Sequence record: LC373201.2
Length of the DNA stretch: 64,000 nt
Reading direction: 5' to 3' (one strand)
Source: Enterobacter phage EspM4VN
Part shown: in pieces, positions 19,485-29,146 of the stretch
How positions within the stretch are numbered: position 1 is the first letter of the stretch
Layout: each line of letters opens with the position of its first letter
Made by a program: the position numbers and the translations under genes
Notes under the pieces: model-generated
Told to the model about the DNA's origin: nothing
Databases searched by the model: none
Seen by the model: the letters and a program-made list of their open reading frames with translations, nothing else

Positions 19485-19756
19485 GTAATCTCTGGGCTAC
19501 CCTGTATAGAAACATGGTCGGCGGTTGCTCTTAATGTCATCACACTACCCATCAATACGATAGGTCTGACGTAATAACCCATTTTGGTTCGTTTTACGAT
19601 GCATGGAGAGGAGAAACGCAAGTTGGGATCTCCTCCCTGATAACCCGTGATCTCCACCTTCTCCACTTCAGAAGGCACCTTTTGGCCAGGAAAATAAATT
19701 TTCATAGTACGCCTCTCTTCTCTAACATGCGTTCCACCTCTGGCCAGTTCACGCAT
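19388..19756 (-). CDS. hypothetical protein with C-terminal TM anchor
   Basis: C-terminal IIPTWLIIGVLSVLALKGVLL. Confidence 0.3.
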   Translation of the reverse strand: MRELARGGTHVREERRTMKIYFPGQKVPSEVEKVEITGYQGGDPNLRFSSPCIVKRTKMGYYVRPIVLMGSVMTLRATADHVSIQGSPEITCGITHMNCKPIIPTWLIIGVLSVLALKGVLL

Positions 19757-20184
19757 GGGCGATTGGAAACTTCATCCCATACCAGAGGGCAGCCAAGGGC
19801 GGCGTCGTCGATGTAAACCTGGGCGTATGCCTTTGGTGACTCCGTCCAAGTCTTCTGTGATGGGTTTGTATTAACCCCATACAGAGGGATCCCACGGACA
19901 TGGAACCAGGTTTTCGCTTGCTCCAATTCCGCGCCGGAACGCATTGTGAACAAAATCAGCTGATGCCCTTTGGCAACGAGCCTCTTCAGGCAGGCTTCAG
20001 CACCGATGTCCCGCCCGATCTTTGGGTACTCATGTGTCACACAAGTCCCGTCAAAATCCACTGCAATGATCATGATGACAATACCGTTTTTACAATGATT
20101 AACACGAGGAGGCATACAGCCCCCATACAGAAAGCCAAGGTGACGTCTCTCATATTTCAAACTCCGACAGGCTGAAGAAATCAA
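19702..20184 (-). CDS. HAD-superfamily phosphatase
   Basis: IAVDFDGTCVTHE (DxDGT motif I) and a later GHQLILFTMRS block; the functional start is probably internal, near 20070. Confidence 0.45.
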   Translation of the reverse strand: MISSACRSLKYERRHLGFLYGGCMPPRVNHCKNGIVIMIIAVDFDGTCVTHEYPKIGRDIGAEACLKRLVAKGHQLILFTMRSGAELEQAKTWFHVRGIPLYGVNTNPSQKTWTESPKAYAQVYIDDAALGCPLVWDEVSNRPCVNWPEVERMLEKRGVL

Positions 20185-20362
20185 CCTTCATGATAAAGTT
20201 TGGTGGTGGTCATGATAGCGCCAGTTGTGCTGTTGAAATAGGAGGCGTCCATGGACACGTGATAACAGATATCATCGGCTTCCTCTATTGAAGCGCATTC
20301 CACAATTTCAGTAGAAACGCCGTTGCCGCTTACAACAGAGATAAGGACACGATATTTCTTTT

Positions 20363-20922
20363 TCATATTTCAATCCCCAGATTGGTATAGAGCAGCTCGG
20401 CCAGCGTTACAGGGCGCTTGAATTGTTCCCAGCTGCAGTTCAGGTATTCGCGTTCTTCACGCATTTCGCCGTGAAGATGACCATGGATATTATACGCCCA
20501 GCGGTCTAATTGATAAGGAACGTGAGTGGTCAACACACGACCAACCGGAGTATCACGCTCATACATGGCACCAAAGGACCTAATCCAGCCATCTAAGTAC
20601 AGAGACAACAGCATCTTGAAGCTGTCGTGGTTGCCCTGTGCCACCCTGATGATAAAGTTCGGACGCCAGTCATCAGGGACAGGGTGGCGCTTGAACTCAT
20701 CAATGTTCCGCTTGGCACCCTCGCGCATCAGGCGAATGAACCCCTCAGCCCCGATGAAGCAGATGTCCCCAGCCAGTTCAAGGACGTCTCGGGACTTCAG
20801 CCCCTGAAAGATACTGTCGATGACCGCAGCGTCGTGTGCCTCTTGGGTATCGAACCCACGGGCTTGAAGATCTTCTTGTGTCCGAGGTGGGTGTCGCCCA
20901 GGTACTTTACAATTCCTGCCAT
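20363..20922 (-). CDS. calcineurin-like metallophosphoesterase (MJ0936/YfcE-type), frame interrupted near 20855
   Basis: N-terminus [15 protein letters not shown] (GDxHG) in one frame, GNHD and HGHLHG motifs in the downstream frame; junction at cccgtggg; TAATG start coupled to upstream stop. Confidence 0.5.
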
Positions 20923-21263
20923 TATGGTTTCCTCAGCCATTCTAAAATCGGTACGTTCACAAACCCTTTATGCCAGCGATGTGGTTTGTGGCCTCTGTTA
21001 TGTTCCAGCAAACAAGTGTCTGGTGGTACTCTGAAGTGGATGCCTTCGATGTCGTAATAATTCCCATCAATCAGAGTATACACATGACCTTCGGTCTGGC
21101 TGTAATGGATCTCTGCTTGGGGATACACGTGCTTCAACAACAGAGCAACCTGGTAACACTTCCCGTTCTTCCCCACATACTCAGCATCCACCTGTTGTGG
21201 GAACACATCTTTGACATAATTTATCAACATGGTGATGTCGTTCACCACAACAGAAGGTTTCAT
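20922..21263 (-). CDS. hypothetical protein
   Basis: 113-aa ORF. Confidence 0.35.
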   Translation of the reverse strand: MKPSVVVNDITMLINYVKDVFPQQVDAEYVGKNGKCYQVALLLKHVYPQAEIHYSQTEGHVYTLIDGNYYDIEGIHFRVPPDTCLLEHNRGHKPHRWHKGFVNVPILEWLRKP

Positions 21264-21269
21264 ATCACC

Positions 21270-22040
21270 TCACTTAGAGACTTTTTGCTCGAATACAGAC
21301 AGCTCATGGCGATGGCGCGCACAGGCGGGGCATTCACAGTTCTTTTTCAGAACGAGATATTCACACCAGGTCATCAGCCCGTAGATTGGAGACAGGGCTT
21401 CATAGAACCATGTCTTCTTCATGCTGGCGAGAGGGAAGAGAACGGTGATCTCATGCCCGTCTTTGGCCAACATGTTATAACCCTCCACGATCTTGTTGAA
21501 GGCAGGGATCCAGTGGAGAGCGTCGTCTCCGTTGACGTATGCCATCACATAAGTTCTTGGCAGTCCTCGATCAAAATGTCCACCCACGAATTGGGTGTTC
21601 ACCAACCACACAGGGGCTTGAGCCAGACAAGGCCGGAACTCACCAGACTGGATGCTCATTTTGCTGATCGGGGTTTCCCTGTGATGCCAATGAGTGTTCA
21701 ACCTCGGCGAATTGGCAGTTACCCACTCCCTGATCTTCTTGCGTGCCCAGTTCTCACGCTTCACCTTGAAGGAGTTGTTCTCCAGTTCGCAGTAGATGGT
21801 GTGAACTTCGTAGCCGTGAGCCAGCAACCAGAATAGCATGTACGTGCTGTCTACACCACCCGACCAGAACAGAGTAACCTTCTTGCCGTTGTATGCAAGA
21901 GGGTCTTTGTTGTTTGTCATAACATCGTGAACGAAATCACGGTCGTTTATTGATACGTTGATCATCATTCGCTTCCTAGTTTGTGGTGTGTTGACAGGAT
22001 TTCCTGACTTGGTGTATCTGCACCAAGGTAGACGATACAC
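21270..22040 (-). CDS. PP-loop ATP pyrophosphatase, QueC-like (7-cyano-7-deazaguanine synthase family candidate)
   Basis: PP-loop SGGVDS after beta strand KKVTLFW; C-terminal C-x8-C-x-C-x2-C cluster (CEYLVLKKNCECPAC) like the QueC zinc site; the true start is probably internal (MTNNKDPLAYNGKK...). Confidence 0.5.
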   Translation of the reverse strand: MYRLPWCRYTKSGNPVNTPQTRKRMMINVSINDRDFVHDVMTNNKDPLAYNGKKVTLFWSGGVDSTYMLFWLLAHGYEVHTIYCELENNSFKVKRENWARKKIREWVTANSPRLNTHWHHRETPISKMSIQSGEFRPCLAQAPVWLVNTQFVGGHFDRGLPRTYVMAYVNGDDALHWIPAFNKIVEGYNMLAKDGHEITVLFPLASMKKTWFYEALSPIYGLMTWCEYLVLKKNCECPACARHRHELSVFEQKVSK

Positions 22041-22465
22041 CAGAAGTCGTCGCCCTCATATCCTTTCTGGTATCTGAATCGATATCCTGGGAAGTTCAAT
22101 CTGAGTTCGTCCACCTGCCCTTCACTGAGACTCAGGCGATAGTCTAGGTCGTATTCCGCACCCATTATGTGCATCCCGTTGAGCAGCTGATATCCGATGA
22201 TGAAATTCCTGACCATCAGATAATTGTTGTCCCCGCCGCAGAATGTCTTTTCGTATTCTTGGAACAACTCTTCCACCAAGAGCGGGTTCGCTTTGTACAG
22301 CGACTGATACATCTCCTTGAATCGGGCGTAATTGTAATGAGGGGAGTACGCCTTCAAATTACGGCGAGGCATATCGAGTTTCGTGTACTTCACCCCACGG
22401 GAAGAAACCTTCGTTGCAGTGGGGAATGGGGCACCCAAGAACATTTTCATTAGTGATTTAATCAT
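21965..22465 (-). CDS. hypothetical protein
   Basis: 166-aa ORF. Confidence 0.35.
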   Translation of the reverse strand: MIKSLMKMFLGAPFPTATKVSSRGVKYTKLDMPRRNLKAYSPHYNYARFKEMYQSLYKANPLLVEELFQEYEKTFCGGDNNYLMVRNFIIGYQLLNGMHIMGAEYDLDYRLSLSEGQVDELRLNFPGYRFRYQKGYEGDDFWCIVYLGADTPSQEILSTHHKLGSE

Positions 22466-22586
22466 TTGATCCCTCTCAGGCCGTCATTGATACGGCGAAG
22501 CTCGTTTTCGACTTTCATTTTCATTTGCATGTGTGGTTTGTCGTTGGTGAAACAATGATACTCTATTCCGGATATAGAAAAGCCCC

Positions 22587-22892
22587 TCACGGGGCTTCTT
22601 CGTCTTCAGGTTTGTACACTTGCCATCGGCCTATCCCACACCATTCTCCCATGTTGTTGGAATAACGGGTTGTTCTGACTCCTCCAATCTCGTACCCCCA
22701 TTTGAAGAAATTCCATTTCTCTTTCAGGGTCGGCGACTTATTCCCCGCCGATAATGAGCAAGCCGTGAACCAACGCATGATACTGATGGCCTGGAACACA
22801 GGATGAACAAACAGAGAGTAGAGCATACCGATTACGACCACGAGGAATACCGTCACTGTAAACATACCAACGAGTTCAAAGAAGCGGTTCAT
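22587..22892 (-). CDS. small membrane protein
   Basis: Two hydrophobic helices; terminator hairpin AAGCCCCtcacGGGGCTT downstream at 22583-22600. Confidence 0.3.
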   Translation of the reverse strand: MNRFFELVGMFTVTVFLVVVIGMLYSLFVHPVFQAISIMRWFTACSLSAGNKSPTLKEKWNFFKWGYEIGGVRTTRYSNNMGEWCGIGRWQVYKPEDEEAP

Positions 22893-23521
22893 CCTACCAC
22901 CTCCAGACCCATCAGGTCTTCCATGGTCTTCTGAATGCGCAGCCAGTCGAGCGCGGCGTCGTAACGAGGATCATGATAGACCATTCCTTCCAGTTCCCAT
23001 GCCTTGATACCAGCATACCGATCCTGTTGCCCAACGCCCTTCAGCCAGCTCACGATGTCGAAGGTGTGGTGGTAATCCCATGGCTCGTTGGAGTCCTGCT
23101 TACACGTCACCTCAATGATGTGCTGAGCCTTGCGCAGATCGAACAAGTTACGGTCACACCAGTCAACCGAGCGCGGGTCTATACCACGGCGATGACAGCC
23201 CTTGCGGATTTCGTCGGCCAGTTTGAAGATGGATATGTCGTCTTCCTTTGGATACAGGCTGACAGCACGAGCAGCATCACATGGATTGCGTTTGCCAGTA
23301 CCGAGCCACCATTCGACGGTGTCCTGATCTTTCACGCGTCCAAGTTCGATCTGCTCTTTGACATCCAGCTTAATGAAATTCGTGTGTTCTTCTACCAGCT
23401 GTTGGAGAGTATAGCGTTTGGTCAGATCGGCGATGGTGTCTGCCCAAGATAATACGACAGCATCATCCCAGCGCCCCAGGGTTTCGCTGTCGGCCACGGC
23501 CAAGAAGTTAGACTTGTACAT
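22889..23521 (-). CDS. dexA: DEDDh 3'-5' exonuclease (DexA-like)
   Basis: Exo I FLAVADSETLG, Exo III YHDPRYDAALD (H-x4-D); size similar to T4 DexA. Confidence 0.55.
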   Translation of the reverse strand: MYKSNFLAVADSETLGRWDDAVVLSWADTIADLTKRYTLQQLVEEHTNFIKLDVKEQIELGRVKDQDTVEWWLGTGKRNPCDAARAVSLYPKEDDISIFKLADEIRKGCHRRGIDPRSVDWCDRNLFDLRKAQHIIEVTCKQDSNEPWDYHHTFDIVSWLKGVGQQDRYAGIKAWELEGMVYHDPRYDAALDWLRIQKTMEDLMGLEVVG

Positions 23522-23906
23522 CGATTTCTCCTGCCTTTTCTAAGAGGATCTGCAGTGAAGTCCTTCCAAACTTAGAAGCATAATCCACGGATTGGTATGA
23601 GTTGTCGAAGGTTCTGAAGTTGCGATGTGGGAAGTACTCCCCATCATCAGCCCAATCACCGCCGACTCGATACTGCTTCAGGGTGTACTTCCTTTCTACA
23701 GCAGGGATTTCCCCTCTCGCAAAGGCCGCATATTCGAAGATGTCAGACTCACAGTTTGCATACAGGCCGATAGGAGCACGAACATACGGCTCCAGCCAGA
23801 TCCAGCTTCCGTCATGCAAACGTACTGGGAAGAGGGCAAACTTCTCTTTGGGGTGGAGAGCGGCTTTCGCCAGCATCTCCTCAGTCACGGGTTTGCGGGA
23901 CATCAC
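23508..23906 (-). CDS. hypothetical protein
   Basis: 132-aa ORF. Confidence 0.35.
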   Translation of the reverse strand: MMSRKPVTEEMLAKAALHPKEKFALFPVRLHDGSWIWLEPYVRAPIGLYANCESDIFEYAAFARGEIPAVERKYTLKQYRVGGDWADDGEYFPHRNFRTFDNSYQSVDYASKFGRTSLQILLEKAGEIDVQV

Positions 23907-24517
23907 GCCTCCTCGTCGATGACTTCTTGCTCATCGTTGACAATCATGATACCATCTTCAATCAGATCTGACAGATCCATCAGATCATCATCGAACCCGT
24001 CCCCTTCCCTGATATAGAAAACAGGGACAACGCGGCGGCGTGTTTCTTCAAACACGGATACTGCCACCTTGTTGATCTGACAGACAACGCTGAAGAGCTT
24101 CAGGCCGCCGATGCCACAGCCGATAGCAGGTAGGCCAACATAGACGGTTTCATCGTCGGTCGCTTCAACAATTTCGTGAGCTTGTTCGAATAACATTTGA
24201 ACTGAACTGATGACAGACGGCATGCGAGCGTTCGGACCTGGGTAGAACTGAGTGTAGAGGTTCGCACCCCAGACACCCTTGCTGTGGTCGAATGCATAGG
24301 TCATACCGCCCAGGCGCTGCTCCGGACCACGAGGGTCGTTTGCATCGGCTTCACGCAGGGCTGGGAAGTTATTGCCGATATGCAGGGCAATACCCGCACC
24401 CATGGTAGACCAGCAGTTGGCACCGTGGGCAAAGATGTTGATCAGATTAAAGCTACAGGCGGCTTTCAGTAAATCACCGCCATTGATTACATAAGTGGTC
24501 ATGCGTAACGTCTCCAT
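23903..24517 (-). CDS. macro-domain protein (ADP-ribose / ADP-ribose-1''-phosphate processing)
   Basis: LINIFAHGANCWSTMGAGIALHIG matches the macro [21 protein letters not shown] block; GLPAIGCGIGGL matches AFPAISTGVYGYP. Confidence 0.65.
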   Translation of the reverse strand: METLRMTTYVINGGDLLKAACSFNLINIFAHGANCWSTMGAGIALHIGNNFPALREADANDPRGPEQRLGGMTYAFDHSKGVWGANLYTQFYPGPNARMPSVISSVQMLFEQAHEIVEATDDETVYVGLPAIGCGIGGLKLFSVVCQINKVAVSVFEETRRRVVPVFYIREGDGFDDDLMDLSDLIEDGIMIVNDEQEVIDEEA

Positions 24518-24741
24518 TCAATGATGCTGTTGTCAATGCATTTAACGTGGAAGATGCCAGAGCCATGACGATAGTCGGACATCTGTATGATGAAGTTGTC
24601 ACCGTTGCGCACAAGCGTACCAACATGGATACCCCGCGCCGCCAAACGGGAGATGATCTCTTTGCTCAGGCGGTCCATGTATCCTGCCACAGAAGCTGGC
24701 TCAAAGCAGCGCTCGAATAGGTTTTCAAATTCTGGGTTCAT
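24499..24741 (-). CDS. hypothetical protein
   Basis: 80-aa ORF. Confidence 0.3.
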   Translation of the reverse strand: MNPEFENLFERCFEPASVAGYMDRLSKEIISRLAARGIHVGTLVRNGDNFIIQMSDYRHGSGIFHVKCIDNSIIEWRRYA

Positions 24742-24791
24742 TCTTTGCTTACCAATAAGGGGTCAAGGCGGTAATGATACCGCCTTTTTCT

Positions 24792-25202
24792 TCAATAGAG
24801 GTCTTCGGAAAAGAGTTCGCGGAAAGGCGTGTTCTTCAGGCGTACCTGATTGATCTGTCCGGCTTCACGGGCTACGACGCAAGCCTCTTCCCGAGTGAGG
24901 AAGTTGCCCTGGTTGTCAATGAACCCCTGCTCACGGGTGTGGGTGGTTGTGATGACTCCAGCTTCCTTCAGGATTTTTAATTGGCGATTCATGAAAGGGC
25001 TGTGGTGACGATCTGCCACCACAATCACTTCACCATACTTGTTTGCAGCGGCAACCACACGGCGTTGCCATGCGTCATGGGCTGGTAGGTCACGAGTGTA
25101 CAGGGGAATCACCGTATCACCGATGTCATTCCCCTTCACCTGTGAGAACAACTTGCCTTCAGTGCCCATCGGCAGTTCGCGAAAATAACCGAGTAATTTC
25201 AT
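24792..25202 (-). CDS. hypothetical protein
   Basis: 136-aa ORF. Confidence 0.35.
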   Translation of the reverse strand: MKLLGYFRELPMGTEGKLFSQVKGNDIGDTVIPLYTRDLPAHDAWQRRVVAAANKYGEVIVVADRHHSPFMNRQLKILKEAGVITTTHTREQGFIDNQGNFLTREEACVVAREAGQINQVRLKNTPFRELFSEDLY

Positions 25203-25205
25203 AAT

Positions 25206-25516
25206 CTATTCAATCCAAATTTCAGGTTCAGGGATGTCGACCATATCCACTGTCTGGTTCTTCAGATCATGGAAACAGTCGCCGAGGAATTGTATTTTGC
25301 CGTCGGTCAGGAACAGATGGCAACGTGATGCCGGATCAGATACATTCACCAGCAGGCTTGGCGTGAACGTGGGAAAATCAACATTGTTGTTCCACGACCA
25401 CATCGGACCTTGGGCTTCGCCTTAATGCGGTACGGGTGAAGCATATTACATCCAGGACAGTGAAAATACAGGGAACCACCCATGGACAGAAGTTTAGGAC
25501 TCAGAAGCTGTGACAT
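25206..25516 (-). CDS. small zinc-ribbon protein, frame interrupted near 25415-25430
   Basis: MSQLLSPKLLSMGGSLYFHCPGCNMLHPYRIKAK in one frame continues as QGPMWSWNNNVDF...CHLFLTDGKIQFLGDCFHDL in the next; junction aagcccaagg. Confidence 0.3.
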
Positions 25517-25518
25517 GA

Positions 25519-25808
25519 TTAGCCCTCCACAGTGGCTTCAGGATCGTATGGACGCAGTTCGCCGATCAATGTCGGGAAGAGTGCGAACCCAAACAAGTTG
25601 AAAGAACGCATGGTGCCGACCATTACAACCCCGGCTCACCCTCAACGATGTCTTTCAATGCACATATTGGGAAGTATTCATCGACCTCTGGGTCTTCCGT
25701 CTCACCATAGAGGCCGAACGCAACCTCTTCTTTGATAAAGCGAGGAACCAGGAAATCAAAGAGGAACATAAGGAACATGATAGGCGCTGCAGTACGGAGA
25801 TAGAACAT
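25519..25808 (-). CDS. small membrane protein, probable frame interruption near 25618
   Basis: The 61-aa ORF 25623..25808 ending ...VEGEPG continues as VVMVGTMRSFNLFGFALFPTLIGEL... after an indel in gccgggg. Confidence 0.25.
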
Positions 25809-25850
25809 AGCACAACCCTCGCAGGTGAGGAGGGGCGAACCCCTCCGATA

Positions 25851-27263
25851 TTATAGGCCAAGAGCCTTTTCAAGGTCATCAAGGTCTTCGGTGTAAAGAT
25901 CGATGTCCTCTTTCTTACTTAATTCCTTGTGTTGTGCTTCAAGGTTCTCTATCTGCTTGAGCAGGCGCTCACGGGCATCCAGAGTGATAGACGACAGAGG
26001 CATCTTGAACAACTCGTCAAGGTCACCATCAAAGTCCGGGTAGTCCGTCTGGAACAATGCCTTCAGTTCATCAAGGCTCCGACGCAGATCGATCACCACA
26101 GCCCATGAGATAAACAGAGCACGATTGGTCAGCTTATGGATCCGGTCGGCCATATCCTTCAACAGGTACTGGCGACGGTCTTCGTAGCGAGCCAAGCGAT
26201 AGTTGAAGAACGGCAGCAGCATATCCTGCCAACCCGCATAGCGGTGGATCACCCCGTCTTCATCCCAAGCAGTCCAAACAGGCTTGTTGGCGGAGTACAG
26301 CTTGAACATCTGCTCAACCTGTTCATCACTCAGCTTAGAGAGTTCGCCGCGCTTGAACACGACAGTGATGTCCCAACCATCCTCCGTCGTGTCGTTGGCG
26401 TACTCAGTGAGGACACCCGCCTTGTACAGAGGCAACAGTACTTTGGTCTCATAGGTTTTGGCGAACCAGCCGATAGGGACTTCTGTGATGTTGAGGGTGG
26501 TGGCATTGACGCGAGTGAACAGACCACGACTGTATGCTCTTCCTTCCTCAGTATAGCCTGTCTCCCCTTTGTAGCCGTTCCAATACGGTTTTAAGTCTTT
26601 CGGGTCTTCGCCACGGAGAAGCGCTCTCAGGGCATTCAGCACGGACTTAACGCAATGGCACGGGGTGTCGGTGGCATAACCGGAGCCGATGCCATTAATA
26701 CCGTTCACGAGGAACATGGGAAGAATGGGGAGGAAGAACTTCGGCTCCAGCTTCTCTTCACCAAGGTAGTTGTATTCCAAGATACCCTCATCCTCCTTGC
26801 GGAAGATCTTGCGGATAACATCAGACACGGCCACCGAAATGTAACGAGCAGAAGACGCATCGCGCCCCATGATAGAACCAAACTGCCCGTCGCGATCAAA
26901 GTATGGGATGTTGTTCGTACCTGGGAACCCCTGAGCCATGTTCACGATAGTGCCGCTCATGTTCTCACCACCGGACTTGTAGTTGGTGCGAGCGGCGGCG
27001 AACATACCAAGGCGGTCAACGATCTCCTCCTTGTTGTACTCAAGAGCAGCGAAGAGGATCTTGCGCTGGCTGGGCTTGAGGCTGTCAATCAGCTGAGGGA
27101 TCTGACGGATGCTGTTGACCACAGAGAACTCCTTGTGGTCGGTGTTGACAAAGTCCGTTACAGTAATGCTCTTGGCAACCATCTTATTCATCCTCAGTTT
27201 CAAACAGGCAAACATCGCTAAACCAGGTTTTGCGGTAATCGGCGGCCTCATCACCGAAGCCAT
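25851..27263 (-). CDS. 52: type II DNA topoisomerase medium subunit (gp52, GyrA-like)
   Basis: GyrA/ParC N-terminal domain character; adjacent to and co-oriented with the large subunit. Confidence 0.8.
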   Translation of the reverse strand: MASVMRPPITAKPGLAMFACLKLRMNKMVAKSITVTDFVNTDHKEFSVVNSIRQIPQLIDSLKPSQRKILFAALEYNKEEIVDRLGMFAAARTNYKSGGENMSGTIVNMAQGFPGTNNIPYFDRDGQFGSIMGRDASSARYISVAVSDVIRKIFRKEDEGILEYNYLGEEKLEPKFFLPILPMFLVNGINGIGSGYATDTPCHCVKSVLNALRALLRGEDPKDLKPYWNGYKGETGYTEEGRAYSRGLFTRVNATTLNITEVPIGWFAKTYETKVLLPLYKAGVLTEYANDTTEDGWDITVVFKRGELSKLSDEQVEQMFKLYSANKPVWTAWDEDGVIHRYAGWQDMLLPFFNYRLARYEDRRQYLLKDMADRIHKLTNRALFISWAVVIDLRRSLDELKALFQTDYPDFDGDLDELFKMPLSSITLDARERLLKQIENLEAQHKELSKKEDIDLYTEDLDDLEKALGL

Positions 27264-29097
27264 TCTTCAGTGACTGCTTGTAACCGTCGTCCAGCGTGAC
27301 CGTCGTAGTATACGCATCCAGGTTGTTTAGAATACGCTTGAAGTCTTCAGTGCTGTTACCACCAAGACCTTTCAGATATTTCTTCTTCGTGATCTTCTTG
27401 GCATCAGGTGTCTTCAGGAACTCCTCATACTCGGCGTTGTTCATGAACTCATGCATCACCTTACCACACCACACGCGCATGTAAGGAGTGCGCAGCAGCT
27501 TCAGCCTGCCCTGACGGACGTACTCCGGCCAGAACGTGCAATACAAGGTGATCAACAGCCCACGGATGTGGATGCCGTCATCGTCCGCATCGGTAGCCAC
27601 AACAGTTTGCGGGTAACGGCTGATGTCAAGGGGCTGGCCTGGCACTGCGCCGCCGTGAATCGTACACAGGTTCTTGAACTCTTCGTTCGCCATCACCTTT
27701 GAGCGCGGGGCGTTCAGGCAGTTGATGAACTTGCCACGAAGCGGGAACAAACCGATCTTCTTGGTGTCACGGGCGTTCAGGATTGGGTTGGAGGCACTAT
27801 CACCCTCAGTCAACAACAGGGAGCAACCACTGCGGTCACCACGGGCGGTCGCCGGATGATACTTCTCAATCTCACGGTAATCGCGCTTGCTGATATCCTT
27901 CTTGGCCTTTTCAAACTCGGCATCATCCTGGTCATTGCGCAGAGCCGCCAGTTCTTTGCTCAGGCCAGCTGTAACGAACTCAAGCGCCTTGCGGATGAGT
28001 TTATCGCTGGGTTTGTAGGATGTGCCGAACTGGCTGACAGGAGTCGTCATGCGCTCCTTGGTCTGGCTGTCAAATCGCGGGTTGTTGATGTCAGCAGAGA
28101 TGAACAAGGACATGTGGTTCTTGATCATTGCTGGCTTCAGCTCTGTCTTGAACTTCTTCACCAGCTGAGGGCGGATCGCAGCCACGATCTGGTCGGCCAC
28201 ATAATCAACGTGAGGACCACCGATGTGGGTGGCGATTGAGTTCACGTATGAAGCATGCATAAACACACCAGAAGATGGCGTGATAGCCACAGACCAATCA
28301 CCCGTCTCATCAACAGCAGAGCCAGCGTGGAAGTAATCCACAAAGTGTCCAAAGCGATCAATCCGGATTTGTTTGCCGTTGAGAACAACCTTCAGGCGCG
28401 GGTTACAGGCCGCCACTTCAAAGGCACGGCGGCATATCATCAGGAAGTTGTTTTGGTCAAGCCCTTTAACACCCAGGCGCGCATAATCAGGGATCCAAGC
28501 AATGGTGGTCCCAAACTCTTTTGGCGCATTGCTGATGACCGGATTAGACTTCTTGCTCATGTTGTCTTCAAACAGCTGAGCATAAGACTTCTTGCCGTCA
28601 CTGGTAGCAACACGGAACCACTTTGAGAACACGTTGACGAGGGAAGCCCCTTCACCGTTCTGGCCGCCGGACTTCTGGTTGTTGTACTCTTCGTCATCGT
28701 CGTTGAAGTTGCTGCCCGCATACAGGGAGCCAAACAGCATCTCAGGGAGCCATTCCTTGGTCTCAGCGTGTTTAACGACAGGGATGCCCCCGTTGTCGGC
28801 CACGATGATCTGCCCGTTCATAGGGGAGACAGTGACGGTAATTTCCGTCAGGGATTTACCCTCAGGTGTCTTGCTGTGGTCAACGCAGTTGGTGATGATT
28901 TCGTCAAACTGTTTGATCAGGGCAGGGGAGTACTCAAAGTTGTCTTTGAACACGACCTTGTCCTTGGATGGGTCATACACCCACACCGTACCAACAGACG
29001 AACGGATACTGCCCAGATGACGCTCTGGGCGAAGGAGGATATGCTCGACGTGAGTGAGCTTCTTGTACTTGCGTTCAATATCAATTTTATCAGACAT
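27184..29097 (-). CDS. 39: type II DNA topoisomerase large subunit, single-chain gp39+gp60 (GyrB-like ATPase plus TOPRIM)
   Basis: GHKL ATPase N-terminus; TOPRIM EGDSA; 637 aa covers both T4 gp39 and gp60 in one frame. Confidence 0.9.
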   Translation of the reverse strand: MSDKIDIERKYKKLTHVEHILLRPERHLGSIRSSVGTVWVYDPSKDKVVFKDNFEYSPALIKQFDEIITNCVDHSKTPEGKSLTEITVTVSPMNGQIIVADNGGIPVVKHAETKEWLPEMLFGSLYAGSNFNDDDEEYNNQKSGGQNGEGASLVNVFSKWFRVATSDGKKSYAQLFEDNMSKKSNPVISNAPKEFGTTIAWIPDYARLGVKGLDQNNFLMICRRAFEVAACNPRLKVVLNGKQIRIDRFGHFVDYFHAGSAVDETGDWSVAITPSSGVFMHASYVNSIATHIGGPHVDYVADQIVAAIRPQLVKKFKTELKPAMIKNHMSLFISADINNPRFDSQTKERMTTPVSQFGTSYKPSDKLIRKALEFVTAGLSKELAALRNDQDDAEFEKAKKDISKRDYREIEKYHPATARGDRSGCSLLLTEGDSASNPILNARDTKKIGLFPLRGKFINCLNAPRSKVMANEEFKNLCTIHGGAVPGQPLDISRYPQTVVATDADDDGIHIRGLLITLYCTFWPEYVRQGRLKLLRTPYMRVWCGKVMHEFMNNAEYEEFLKTPDAKKITKKKYLKGLGGNSTEDFKRILNNLDAYTTTVTLDDGYKQSLKNGFGDEAADYRKTWFSDVCLFETEDE

Positions 29098-29146
29098 CGG
29101 TCTATCCCGTCAATGGTAAACACACAAGATTATGTATGGGCTTGGG

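Noticed and set aside
21270-22040. Complete 7-deazaguanine DNA-modification (Dpd) system
   Set aside because: Only the QueC-like gene is present. No DpdA/TGT-like, FolE, QueD or QueE candidates were recognised in the window, so the system call is not supported here
26136-26594. Plus-strand ORFs inside minus-strand genes, for example 26136..26594, 35597..36217, 43165..43971, 47852..48505, 48536..49336 and 49367..49984
   Set aside because: All are antisense to well-supported genes (topoisomerase, rIIA, the 411-aa enzyme, DNA polymerase) and lack starts with RBS, so they are shadow ORFs
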